NCBI GenBank assembly: GCA_044229845.1
Contig: JBGASG010000004.1
Coordinates: forward strand, 416,001 to 480,000
DNA: 64,000 nt
Reading direction: 5' to 3'
Origin: Candidatus Obscuribacteraceae bacterium
GTDB taxonomy: Bacteria > Cyanobacteriota > Vampirovibrionia > Obscuribacterales > Obscuribacteraceae
Positions 1 to 9,627 of the stretch are shown here, in pieces. The translations under genes and the position numbers were made by a program. The notes beneath the pieces are model-generated. The model did not search any database. It worked only from the letters and a program-made list of their open reading frames with translations, and was not told where the DNA came from. Every line of letters begins with the position of its first letter. Position 1 is the first letter of the stretch.

Positions 1-103
1 GCGAGTGAGTGCCGAGCTGGCGCTCGACGCCCCCCACACGCCTCTGCAGATCAGCGACTGCCGTCTCCAGCTGCTGGAGACGATCGTCAGAGTTCGAAGG
101 CAT
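1..103 (-). CDS. Hypothetical coiled-coil protein, 5' part only (runs off the window)
   Basis: Hand translation from ATG at 103: MPSNSDDRLQQLETAVADLQRRVGGVERQLGTHS; GGAG upstream on the minus strand. Confidence 0.5.
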   Translation of the reverse strand, partial: MPSNSDDRLQQLETAVADLQRRVGGVERQLGTHS

Positions 104-453
104 AAGTAGGTCTCCCAACGGTTCATTTCTCCCTGGGTTGCCCTGACTGGCTCACACAGCCAGTTTCAGGAACGCGCGCCGCACCGCCCCGACCGCATGG
201 CCGGTTTGATGTTTCTGGCGAAGTCGAAGACTGTCTTTTTGAGACGTGTTGCGCTGGGCTATGGGAGAAAATGAACGGACTGTAGCCTAGACCAGTTCCT
301 CTCCCACCAAGCAAGCCCAAGAAACAGACAAGTACCAAGCGAAGTGGCTTATCTGATCTCTAAATAATGCTGATTCAGAACTGACCACCTTGGCGACGCT
401 TGCGAGAGCGGACGCAAGCGTCGCCGTGGTGCAGATTTAGTGACGGAGGCGCC

Positions 454-1644
454 TTACAGGCGCGTGATGTAGTACGAGATATCACTCGGCAGCACCGAGC
501 CGTACGGAGAGCCGCCGTAGTAGGTGATCGGGTAATAGCCCGAAACACCATCCCATCCGTACGTCTTGAAGTTCGGGTAGGTGCCGAAGTAGTACACCGT
601 GAAACCGTTTGGCGTGTTCGCGTACGAAGGCGTCGCGTAGTAGCTCGGGTACACGTACGACGAATACGGGCTGTAAGCCCCGTAGCTGTAGGTCGAGTAG
701 CTGTAGCTCGGGTACGCGTACGATGAATACGAGCTGTAAGACGAGTAGCTGTACGGCGAGTAGCTGTACGGCGAGCTGACCTGCGCCGCAGGGCTCCAGC
801 GCAGGAAGGTCTTCGCCGTGCCCGCACCACCGGCGGCACCATCGGCGACCGTCACGAAGGCATAGTAGTCACCGGCCGCCAATCCGGAAACTACATAGTT
901 AGCGGTTTTGCGCAGCGCATCGACAGTCGCCGCGCCGGTCTTCACCACCTGCCCATTGACAGTTTGGATCACGTAGCTAGCCGTCCACGCATCCGGACCC
1001 GGGTCGGTAAACCCGGCGCTGATGGTCGCAGTCCGCGCCACTTGCGGGTTTGTCGGCGCGAAGTTGATGGCTACGAGCGGCGCCGTGACCACGGGCGCCA
1101 CGTTGCGCACCTTCACATCGAACGGCAAGGTGGTCGACAGTCCCGTGCTGTCCGTTGCCGTAACCAGTCCGTGGTACGCACCGCCGGTCTGGTTCAACGA
1201 ATCCTGTAGGTACTGTCGGGTGACGCTGAAGGCAATGCCCGAAGGCAGGTTGGTAAACGCCAGATCGGGGCTGCCGTTGCCAAATTGAATGCGCACCTGC
1301 AACGGGCCGCCGTCGACATCGGACAACGAGCAGTTGAAACCATACGTCCCTCCCTCATCAATGGTGCCGCCGGCAGGCGCCACCACCACCGGTGCATGCG
1401 GCATCCCCACCGCCGGCAGAACATTCGCGCTCGCAGTCGTTGACGGGCTGACGGACGCGACAGATGGAGTAGCGGGCGCGACGGACGGAGTGACTGACCT
1501 CACTTGAGCCGGAACAGAAGCAACGCTGGGCGAAGGTACGATGGACACCTTCGGCAGCGGGGTGAATACCGCGCTCACGCTCGGTACGTCGCGCCGTTCC
1601 AGGAGTTCCACGCAAAGCCGCCCGCGAAGATTCAGTTTCTTCAT
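454..1644 (-). CDS. Secreted/surface protein with Planctomycete-type N-terminal motif, PKD/Ig-like domains and Tyr/Ser-rich tail
   Basis: RLCVELLERRDVPS resembles the Planctomycete LExLExR export motif; PKD-like IDEG..QFGNG..VTATD..VRNVAP; YSYSPYSYSS tail. Confidence 0.7.
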   Translation of the reverse strand: MKKLNLRGRLCVELLERRDVPSVSAVFTPLPKVSIVPSPSVASVPAQVRSVTPSVAPATPSVASVSPSTTASANVLPAVGMPHAPVVVAPAGGTIDEGGTYGFNCSLSDVDGGPLQVRIQFGNGSPDLAFTNLPSGIAFSVTRQYLQDSLNQTGGAYHGLVTATDSTGLSTTLPFDVKVRNVAPVVTAPLVAINFAPTNPQVARTATISAGFTDPGPDAWTASYVIQTVNGQVVKTGAATVDALRKTANYVVSGLAAGDYYAFVTVADGAAGGAGTAKTFLRWSPAAQVSSPYSYSPYSYSSYSSYSSYAYPSYSYSTYSYGAYSPYSSYVYPSYYATPSYANTPNGFTVYYFGTYPNFKTYGWDGVSGYYPITYYGGSPYGSVLPSDISYYITRL

Positions 1645-1973
1645 CTGAGAAACCCTCATGAGCCGCCAACAAGTTGCTGAGCCCGGACCCGACCGTTTCC
1701 CAACAAGGGAAGGTCTGGAACTGGCGGTAGTCGCGAAGCAATGTCTGCGACGGATTCAGCGCACCTGTCGGACGGCAAGAAATGGAATGCCCGCACCATA
1801 CAAAACCGGCACCGCACGGACAACCCAAAGCGATGCCACCAGTGCGTAAAACTCCCCATTGTGCGAAAAATCAGTCTCGTGCCAATTCAGCCACCGTGTG
1901 AAAACACAGTCAGCGTCGTGCTTTCACACAAATGCGCTCTACCTGCAACCGCAGATGCACCTAGCGCCCACTC

Positions 1974-2702
1974 TCAGTTCCTGCGCCGAGCAGTTACCAA
2001 ATGGTAAAGCGGCGTGCTGAAAGTTTCTTCCCCATGCTGCGCAATCAAGTATTCATTTACCGGTGCTGCCGCTTCGGGAGCAAGGTTTTGCACCACATAT
2101 TGTCCAACCCAGACGGCCACACTCGTGTGTTTACGCAGTGTACAGACAAAGCCGAGTTCTTCGAGCCGTTTTACAACCCAGATAGAATCAGGCAAGTCCC
2201 ATTCGACATGCTGCCGAATCAAACTGTTGCCTGTCAATTTGAGAACCAGCTGCTGAGCCAATTGACTTTCGACTGCCGGATAATTGAGCACCAGCATCTC
2301 GGCAGTGACGCGCGCGCATTCCTCGAGAACCTGCTCGCGCTGCGGCGGGGCGATATGTTCAAGCACATCCACAGCTGCGACGCATTGATACGCCCGGTCC
2401 GCAACACCAATATCTGCAGCACTGCCGCCGGTGGTTTCCGGGTCCAAGAGATGAAATTTTGCGGCGTCTACGAACAGAGCCAGCGCACCATCATATCCGC
2501 CCACATCAAGCACCGACCGGCTCGCCCCATCGGTGTCCGCAATTTGATCGGCAACCGCTTGCAGACGCACAAAGCGGTCCCACCCGAGTTGCTGCCGCGC
2601 GCCCAGTCCGGTGACGCCGACACTGACGATGCCTGCAAACTCGGTCTCGAAAAACTCGGTACCAGGCACAGGCTTGATGGGAACAGAGCTGGTCATGGGC
2701 AA
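1974..2702 (-). CDS. Class I SAM-dependent methyltransferase
   Basis: SVLDVGGYDG motif I; AVDVLEHI motif. Confidence 0.8.
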   Translation of the reverse strand: MPMTSSVPIKPVPGTEFFETEFAGIVSVGVTGLGARQQLGWDRFVRLQAVADQIADTDGASRSVLDVGGYDGALALFVDAAKFHLLDPETTGGSAADIGVADRAYQCVAAVDVLEHIAPPQREQVLEECARVTAEMLVLNYPAVESQLAQQLVLKLTGNSLIRQHVEWDLPDSIWVVKRLEELGFVCTLRKHTSVAVWVGQYVVQNLAPEAAAPVNEYLIAQHGEETFSTPLYHLVTARRRN

Positions 2703-3365
2703 TCACAAATCTGGTTCGCCAAGAATAACAAATTGACGGAGGGCGCTACCGATGTCTCGCTGGAGGATGAGTTGCAGCATAAGAATTTTGAGGCGATGGA
2801 AAGACGCAGCCGAAATACTGCGCCGGTGAGCGATGCGGCGGAGAGCTCGTTAGATTAGACGGCGCTTTACAGTCCGCTATACATTCCGCAAAGTCGGGGC
2901 GGCAGCGAGAACGCGTCGCAGGCTGCGGGTTTCGGCCACAGTTGCAGCGGCTTGCGCTAGCGTTTCTTCCACCGGCGCAGCTCGCTTGGCTGGTGCTCAC
3001 GAAAGGCGCGCCAGCACACGTTTTGGAAGCCAAGGCATAACCGGTGATAGCGCAAGCTCACGCTCATGACAACCATCGCCTGAAAGCCGCCCCTGGAGCC
3101 ATTCGGCCTGTTTAAGGTTGTAATCAGAAGACGATCTGTCTTAGGTTAAAGGCCTCTTCCATCCATTTCCCTCAGAACTAAAGGCCTCAACCGACTAACA
3201 CGGTCCCCGGCACTTTAATCGACCCCCAAAGTCGAACTACGTTCGAGCGGAGTGATCTTGCTTGGACACTGAGTAGTGGATGGTTCCAACGGTGCTTGCG
3301 CTTAACGGTGCTGGCGCCAATTACATGTCGCTTTGTTAGAGCGACTCACCGCGAGGTAATACGCT

Positions 3366-3755
3366 ATGACGCTCAACGTCTATTGCATTGCCGCTGCCGC
3401 ATTCGGACTGTTGATGGGCTACATCTTTGCCTGGTCGACCCGTCGCAACGAACCGAACGGCACCGACATCGCGGGGATCCTTGGCATCGTTCTCGGTGGC
3501 ACGGTTCTCCAGTTTCTCGACCGCCTCGGCGGCTGTGAGGAGAAGTTCGCTCTCTACCTCATCGGCCTCGTTGCCGGTTACGTCGTCTATCTGATTTTGC
3601 TCAAGGTCAACTATCCGCATGTGCGGAAGGCCTACGAGTCGAAGTCGATGGAACCATCTCCGTTCTTCCCCTGGCTTGTCCGTGGCGCTTGCACCTGCAA
3701 TCACCCCGACAAGACAGGCACTGCGGACGGTGGCGCCCCCAAAGCCGGAGGCTGA
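3366..3755 (+). CDS. Small 3-TM membrane protein (possibly holin-like)
   Basis: Three hydrophobic segments; GAGG RBS; ends 1 nt before the GH25 gene. Confidence 0.55.
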   Translation: MTLNVYCIAAAAFGLLMGYIFAWSTRRNEPNGTDIAGILGIVLGGTVLQFLDRLGGCEEKFALYLIGLVAGYVVYLILLKVNYPHVRKAYESKSMEPSPFFPWLVRGACTCNHPDKTGTADGGAPKAGG

Positions 3756-3756
3756 C

Positions 3757-4470
3757 ATGACCGTTCGGCAGGCAGAGGCTGGCACTTTCGTTCTCGGCAT
3801 CGACGTGTCTCATCACCAGAACACAGTCGATTGGACGAAAGTGCGCCAGGCGGGCTATGAGTTCGCCTTCTTCAAGGCTACCGAAGGCGGCGATTACATC
3901 GACGCCGAGTTTCGCACCAACTGGGGTGCGGCGCGCAGAGCAGGCATGCTGCGCGGAGCCTATCACTTCTTCCGGCCGAAGACGGCAGTGAGCACGCAAG
4001 TGGACAACTTCGTGCGCGCTGTCGGCGCGATCACCTCTGGTGATCTGCCGCCCGTTCTCGATATCGAAGACGCCTCCCTCTGGAAAGGCATCGATAAGAA
4101 ACGGGCCGTCGCCATGGTCCTCGAATGGCTTACCGCCGTGGAAAGCCGTTTGGGAATCAGGCCGATCGTCTACCTGAGCCCGTCCTTTGCGCGGGAAATT
4201 CTCGAAGTCGACAACCGTTTGGCCGCGTATCCGCTCTGGATCGCGAACTACAACGTCGCCACGCCCAGCGTCCCCTCCCCGTGGACTCGCTGGACGTTCT
4301 GGCAGTACTCCGAGACTGGCACCGTTCCCGGTATCGAAAACAAAGAAGTCGATATGAACCGGTTCAACGGTACTCGCGCTCAACTCGACTCGATCACGAA
4401 GAGCGTCCTCGCCCTGCGCACTGTGCGTCGGCGGCTGTGGGACATCGTGCTCTCCTGGTTCGAGTGGTAA
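3757..4470 (+). CDS. GH25 lysozyme (muramidase)
   Basis: GIDVSHHQ, FKATEG, GAYHFF, PPVLDIE, LWIANY, WQYS motifs; ATG at 3757 after GGAGG. Confidence 0.93.
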   Translation: MTVRQAEAGTFVLGIDVSHHQNTVDWTKVRQAGYEFAFFKATEGGDYIDAEFRTNWGAARRAGMLRGAYHFFRPKTAVSTQVDNFVRAVGAITSGDLPPVLDIEDASLWKGIDKKRAVAMVLEWLTAVESRLGIRPIVYLSPSFAREILEVDNRLAAYPLWIANYNVATPSVPSPWTRWTFWQYSETGTVPGIENKEVDMNRFNGTRAQLDSITKSVLALRTVRRRLWDIVLSWFEW

Positions 4471-4486
4471 CGGGCCACCTGAGGCG

Positions 4487-4533
4487 CAGCGGGAGGGACA
4501 CTTGTGTCCCCTCCCCGCTGTCCTCTTTTTTTT
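4487..4533 (+). terminator. Intrinsic terminator after GH25
   Basis: GC hairpin cagcgggagggacac/gtgtcccctccccgctg followed by T8. Confidence 0.75.
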
Positions 4534-4538
4534 CAGCC

Positions 4539-4555
4539 TACTGCTTAGCATAGTA
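4539..4555. other. Block-end palindrome copy (TACTG-N7-TAGTA)
   Basis: Member of the recurring TAC(T/G)A-N7-T(A/C)GTA motif; 1 mismatch. Confidence 0.55.
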
Positions 4556-4597
4556 TATCCGTTCGCACGAACAGAGCGCACGGGGCTGCACGCCATA

Positions 4598-7564
4598 CTA
4601 CCAGTGATCTCCTCGCTTGAATGTCCCGGCAGCGACTTCATTCAGCAGCGCCTTATTCTTGTCCGCCTCAGCGACATGACCCGATGCGCGCTGATAGAAC
4701 ACCAGGTCCTTCAAAACCTGTTGCAGTTGAATCATGTCCTTGCGCGTTAATTCGGTGCGCTTCTCGAGGAGCGCAGCCGCCTCCTGAAAGGTTTTCAGCG
4801 CGTCCTCGCGAAGCCGCAATTCAAACTGCAGCCGTCCGTACAACTTCAGCCGTCCCGCCGTCTTCACCGGCGGGTCTCGCTCCGCAAGCGCATCGATGCG
4901 CTGACGCAGCCGTTGCAGCATCATGGTGCGCTCCGCCGGTGTAGCAAACTTGCTGGTGAGGTTGGGCACAAACTCACTCAGTTCCCACATCTTGTCCAAC
5001 GGCGCCGAGCGATAATTTTCGGCGAGGCGATCAAACTGTTTCTTCGCCGATGCAGTGTCGCCCTTGAGCATCTGGATGTAAGCCAACCATGTCCTCGTAT
5101 CCTCGATTGTTTGCTCGTCCTCACCGCATAACCGGCGGACCGCCAGCAGCTGTTGCACCATCGGCTCGCATTCCGTTTGTCGTTTGGCAACACAAAACGA
5201 ACGCGCACAATAATCCAACGCAGTGGCAGTAATCGAGGAAATCGGGCCGGTCTCTGACTGCGCCAGCAGCAAGACTCGCTCACTGAGTTCGAGAGCGAGT
5301 TTGGGATCCTCAGCCATCTTCGATAGCACCACCAGGTACAAGTTGAGTGCAACCAGAGGTTGTGTCGATTCCAGCGCCTCCGCTTCTTTGACCATGGCTG
5401 CGCGATCGAAGGAAGTACCCGTGTAACGAAGCAACCGATACTCCCGCATGCAGGCGGGCAAATCTTCAGGAGCCAGTTTCGATAAAGGGTCAATGAGTTG
5501 CTGTAACTGTTGCGTCGCTTCGGAAACGCGGCTGAGTTTAGCCAGACAGAGCGCTTTTACCAGGTCGGCTTTCAAACGCATGCGCTGGTTGATCTCGCTA
5601 TCAGGCAGAGAAGCCACTGCTTCGGCCAACTTGAGAGCTTGCTGCGCATCCGCAGGCATGAGCGCTTCGGCCCGCACAAGATCCGCCTCTTGCGCCAGAG
5701 CCTTGTTTGAATTGCGCAGCGTGTCGGCAGCCGATTGCAACGCGCTGATCATCCCAGTGCGTTCCTGCTCAGCCAGCTCATAGCGCTTATCGTAAGCGTC
5801 TCGCAGCCGCGAATACGAAATGCGCAGCAGGCACTCGGCGTATGTCGGATCCTTGTCTCCCAGTGCCGATTTCGCTTTGACCAGAGCCGGCTCGAGCAGC
5901 GCGATTACCTGCTTGTACTCGCCGCGCTGCTGCAGCACCACAGCAGCGTTAGTCATAGACCCGATCAACTTTTGGAGGTGCGGGATCTGCTCGGCAGTCG
6001 GATGATCGCCAACGAAAGACAGGGCTTGTTTTGCCACTTCTGCCTCAGAGACTTGTCTTTGCGCCAGGTCGCCCGCCTTTTCTTTGAGCTGCTCGATCTG
6101 CCGCAAAAGCACATCGTATCCGTCTTTGTCGTTCAATATCAAAGCGATCAAAGCACGCTGCTGCAGGCTGCGTAACTGCTGCTCACGATTGCCGTCCGCC
6201 TGCGCGGTCGACTCAGCAACAACAAATTGCTCGTCTGCTTCTTTATAGTGTCCGTCGTTCATCAGCTGGGTGCCGCGCACGTCGAAGCGCTTCCACTCTC
6301 GCTTGAGCGGCAACATCAGCACCAGCTTGTCCTGGATTTTCGGCAGTTCAGAACTGAGATTTTTCGTAATCGGCACCGAGAACGCCATGCCGAGAACGCC
6401 AGTGGTGGCAATCACTGCAGCCAGCGTAGCAACATTGACGACCACACTGCGTTGACGCCCTGGCAGCGCCGATTTCCGACGGCGCCCCAGTCCCAACTTC
6501 TTGCCTGCATACAAGTTATACAGGGCATCCAAGACTTGCTGCGCTGACTGCGGACGATTAGCGGGGTCTTTCTCCAGACAACGCTCGATCAAGTCTTTGA
6601 GCGGCAGCGCATCGGAAGTTTTGTCCAGCCGCAGCGGTCTGGGCGGGGAAGAAACGTGCGCGTTCATCAAACCATATACGGTGTCTTCGGCAAACAGTTT
6701 TCGCCCAGAAAGCGCTTCGTACATGCAACAGCCCAAGGAATAAACATCAGAGCGCGCATCAGTCTGCTTGCCCATGCAATGCTCGGGGCTCATGTAGGCA
6801 GGCGTTCCGAGCGTCACACCAGTCTGCGTCAGGCTGGCGATAGACTCGCCTGCCGGCGAAGTCAGCTTCGCCAATCCGAAGTCGAGAATTTTTACTTTGC
6901 TGTTTTCAGGGACGTCATCCTCGACGATGAATATGTTTGACGGCGTCAGGTCGCGATGAATAATCCCCGCCTCATGAGCGGCGGACAGCCCGGCTAGAGC
7001 TTGCTCGAAGATTTCGAAAAACCGCTCTTTCGAAATTCCCGCCGGCGTGATCTCCTTGGACAGACTGTGTCCGTGCAAAAAGTCCATCACCAGGTACGGG
7101 CGCCCGTCCCAATGTCCGTAGTCCTGCACCGGAACTATATTCGGATGTCTGAGCTTTCTAGCTGCCTGCGCTTCTTGCTTGAATCGGGCGACTTTTTCCG
7201 AATCGAATGACAGATGCGGATGCAATAGCTTGATGGCGACCGAGCACTCCAGCTCCGGATGCCAGGCCTGCACCACGCAGCCCCAGCCGCCGACGCCAAT
7301 CACAGCATCGACGCGATAACGATCGTCGATGAAGGTGCCGAGCAGCTGCTGCTCGACCAGATCTTCATCCGTCTGCTTGAGTTCAATCGCTCGTCCGGCT
7401 GCGGCAACATCCACAACAGGAGCCGTCGGCGACGACTCGCATGCACAACGGTCGTCGCGAAAAATCCACTGCGTGACGGAGCCGACCTGTCCAATCTTGA
7501 GACCACAGCTGGCACAGGTGTCTGCTATTCGAGGTCCTTTTTGCTGCATTGCGGGACAGCTCAC
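4598..7564 (-). CDS. Hanks-type Ser/Thr protein kinase with TM segment and TPR-like C-terminus
   Basis: IGVGGWG, VAIK, HRDLTPSN, DFG, GTPAYMSPE, DVYSLG; helical repeats after the TM. Confidence 0.92.
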   Translation of the reverse strand: MSCPAMQQKGPRIADTCASCGLKIGQVGSVTQWIFRDDRCACESSPTAPVVDVAAAGRAIELKQTDEDLVEQQLLGTFIDDRYRVDAVIGVGGWGCVVQAWHPELECSVAIKLLHPHLSFDSEKVARFKQEAQAARKLRHPNIVPVQDYGHWDGRPYLVMDFLHGHSLSKEITPAGISKERFFEIFEQALAGLSAAHEAGIIHRDLTPSNIFIVEDDVPENSKVKILDFGLAKLTSPAGESIASLTQTGVTLGTPAYMSPEHCMGKQTDARSDVYSLGCCMYEALSGRKLFAEDTVYGLMNAHVSSPPRPLRLDKTSDALPLKDLIERCLEKDPANRPQSAQQVLDALYNLYAGKKLGLGRRRKSALPGRQRSVVVNVATLAAVIATTGVLGMAFSVPITKNLSSELPKIQDKLVLMLPLKREWKRFDVRGTQLMNDGHYKEADEQFVVAESTAQADGNREQQLRSLQQRALIALILNDKDGYDVLLRQIEQLKEKAGDLAQRQVSEAEVAKQALSFVGDHPTAEQIPHLQKLIGSMTNAAVVLQQRGEYKQVIALLEPALVKAKSALGDKDPTYAECLLRISYSRLRDAYDKRYELAEQERTGMISALQSAADTLRNSNKALAQEADLVRAEALMPADAQQALKLAEAVASLPDSEINQRMRLKADLVKALCLAKLSRVSEATQQLQQLIDPLSKLAPEDLPACMREYRLLRYTGTSFDRAAMVKEAEALESTQPLVALNLYLVVLSKMAEDPKLALELSERVLLLAQSETGPISSITATALDYCARSFCVAKRQTECEPMVQQLLAVRRLCGEDEQTIEDTRTWLAYIQMLKGDTASAKKQFDRLAENYRSAPLDKMWELSEFVPNLTSKFATPAERTMMLQRLRQRIDALAERDPPVKTAGRLKLYGRLQFELRLREDALKTFQEAAALLEKRTELTRKDMIQLQQVLKDLVFYQRASGHVAEADKNKALLNEVAAGTFKRGDHW

Positions 7565-7718
7565 GGGAATCGAGGACTATATACCATTCCCACTTCAGGA
7601 GGAAACGGATGGAAGCCGCGAAACGCTCATGACAACCTCGATTACCAGCCGCACATCGAAATCCAAGCTGATAAACTACCGGGCGCGCAAGCGCTGAAAC
7701 CCTCCAGCAATAAGGCGG

Positions 7719-8162
7719 ATGATTATGACTAAATCACAAACGGCAGCCCTGGTTGCAGCAACATCGGGACTAATCGCCCTGGTCTCATTGGGCTTTTCGC
7801 CCGCGACCGCCACGCCTGCAGATGAACAGGCGGCCGTGACCGCGGCCAAAGCCTGGCTCGCTCTCGTCGACAAAGGTCAGGTCGGGCAAGCCTGGGGTTC
7901 TTCGGCTTCGTTCATGAAGGCTGCCGCTCCCAAGCAGCAATTTGTAAATCAGGTCAAACCCATTCGCGACGCCTTCGGTAAGGTGCTCTCCCGCAATTTG
8001 AAGAGCAAGCAATTCACCAAGTCGGTGCCCGGCGCGCCCGATGGAGAGTACGTCATCATCCAGTTCGATACGGTATTTGAGAAGAAAAAGGACGCCGTCG
8101 AGACGATCACGCCGATGAAAGACAAGGGTCAGTGGCGCGTTTCCGGCTATTTCATCAAGTAA
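7719..8162 (+). CDS. DUF4019-type exported protein
   Basis: Signal peptide; AKAWLALVDKG..PGAPDGEYVIIQFDT..ETIT..WRVSGY. Confidence 0.8.
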   Translation: MIMTKSQTAALVAATSGLIALVSLGFSPATATPADEQAAVTAAKAWLALVDKGQVGQAWGSSASFMKAAAPKQQFVNQVKPIRDAFGKVLSRNLKSKQFTKSVPGAPDGEYVIIQFDTVFEKKKDAVETITPMKDKGQWRVSGYFIK

Positions 8163-8177
8163 GAAACTGAGGGCAGC

Positions 8178-9320
8178 ATGGCATCGACTTCCGAAGTGAA
8201 ACTTCTGATCGGCACTAAGAAAGGGGGGTTCACCCTCTCGTCCAACGCCGAACGCAACCGGTGGGAGCAGTCCGATCCCATCTTTCTCGGTCACATCATT
8301 CACCATTTCATCAGCGATCCCCGCGACAGCAAAGTCTGTCTGATGGCCGCTAAGACTGGGCATCTGGGACCGACCGTGTTTCGCTCACTCGATGGCGGTG
8401 CCAACTGGAAAGAGGCATCCAAGCCCCCCGCCTTTGCCGCCACCGGTGGTGACACTGTCGCCAATGCCGAGAGCGCCGGTGGTCCGCCCGCTGTCGATCG
8501 AGTGTTCTGGCTCACACCCGGGCATACCACCGAAAAACATGTCTGGTATGCAGGCACCGCACCAGCCGGGCTGTTCCGCAGTCAGGACGACGGCGATACC
8601 TGGGAGCCGGTCGACGGTTTCAACGATCATCCGTCATACAAAGAGTGGACTTCGATAGGACCCACGCCGGACGGTCAGTTTCTTCACTCAATCAATATTC
8701 ATCCGCAAAACCCCCAGCAAATGTACCTGGGCATCTCCGTGGGTGGTGTCTTCGAGTCGACAGACGGCGGCAAACAGTGGGCACCGCTCAATCAAGGCTG
8801 TGCTGCCGACTTTCTGCCCGACGCAACGGATTTCGGACATGATCCGCATTGTCTGGTCGTTCACCCGAAAAATCCCGACCGACTGTACCAGCAAAATCAC
8901 TGCGGTCTCTACCGCATGGATCGTCCGGACAATAAATGGAAACGCATCGGCGACAATATGCCCAGAGAAATCGGAGACATCGGATTTCCGATTGTCGTTC
9001 ATCCCACCGATCCCGACACGGCTTGGGTCTTTCCCATGGACGGCACGACGGTCTGGCCGCGCACCAGTCCCGGTGGCAAACCGGCCGTCTATAAGACCAC
9101 CGACGGCGGAGAATCATGGCAGCGCAAAGACAGCGGACTGCCGCCTGCCCACGGATACTTCACGGTTAAAAGGCAATGCATGACCTGCGACACCGGAGAA
9201 CCGATCGGTTTGTATTTCGGCACCACTGCCGGTGAAGTCTGGGCAAGCAAAGACGGGGGCGAAAGCTGGACCTGCGTTACACGCCACTTGCCGGAAATCT
9301 ACTCGCTGCATATCATGTAA
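8178..9320 (+). CDS. BNR/Asp-box beta-propeller protein (sialidase-like)
   Basis: Multiple SxDGGxxW Asp boxes; DPHCL and YQQNHCG motifs. Confidence 0.88.
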   Translation: MASTSEVKLLIGTKKGGFTLSSNAERNRWEQSDPIFLGHIIHHFISDPRDSKVCLMAAKTGHLGPTVFRSLDGGANWKEASKPPAFAATGGDTVANAESAGGPPAVDRVFWLTPGHTTEKHVWYAGTAPAGLFRSQDDGDTWEPVDGFNDHPSYKEWTSIGPTPDGQFLHSINIHPQNPQQMYLGISVGGVFESTDGGKQWAPLNQGCAADFLPDATDFGHDPHCLVVHPKNPDRLYQQNHCGLYRMDRPDNKWKRIGDNMPREIGDIGFPIVVHPTDPDTAWVFPMDGTTVWPRTSPGGKPAVYKTTDGGESWQRKDSGLPPAHGYFTVKRQCMTCDTGEPIGLYFGTTAGEVWASKDGGESWTCVTRHLPEIYSLHIM

Positions 9321-9330
9321 GAGGAGCGTC

Positions 9331-9588
9331 ATGCGCGTCAACATCCCCAGTCCACTGCAATCCTACACACAAAAGAGTTTTGTAGAAGGGCATGGCGGCT
9401 CACTCCAGGAATTACTGGATGCACTCAACGAGACTTATCCCGGTATCCGCTTTCGCATGATCGACGAACACAACCGCATTCGCAAACACATAAAGATATT
9501 CGTGAACAAACACCCAGCTGCCGATTTGAATGTCGCCGTCAAACCCACCGATGAAGTGCACATAATTTGCGCCCTGAGCGGGGGTTAG
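9331..9588 (+). CDS. MoaD/ThiS-family ubiquitin-like protein
   Basis: ATG at 9331 after GAGGAG; beta-grasp pattern; C-terminal ALSGG. Confidence 0.88.
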   Translation: MRVNIPSPLQSYTQKSFVEGHGGSLQELLDALNETYPGIRFRMIDEHNRIRKHIKIFVNKHPAADLNVAVKPTDEVHIICALSGG

Positions 9589-9627
9589 CGGTACGCTGCG
9601 GCAGCGAGCGCGCGGGCGCACGCAGCC

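Noticed and set aside
2703..3365. Possible gene or ncRNA in the 660-bp gap
   Set aside because: No convincing ORF or recognisable RNA motif.
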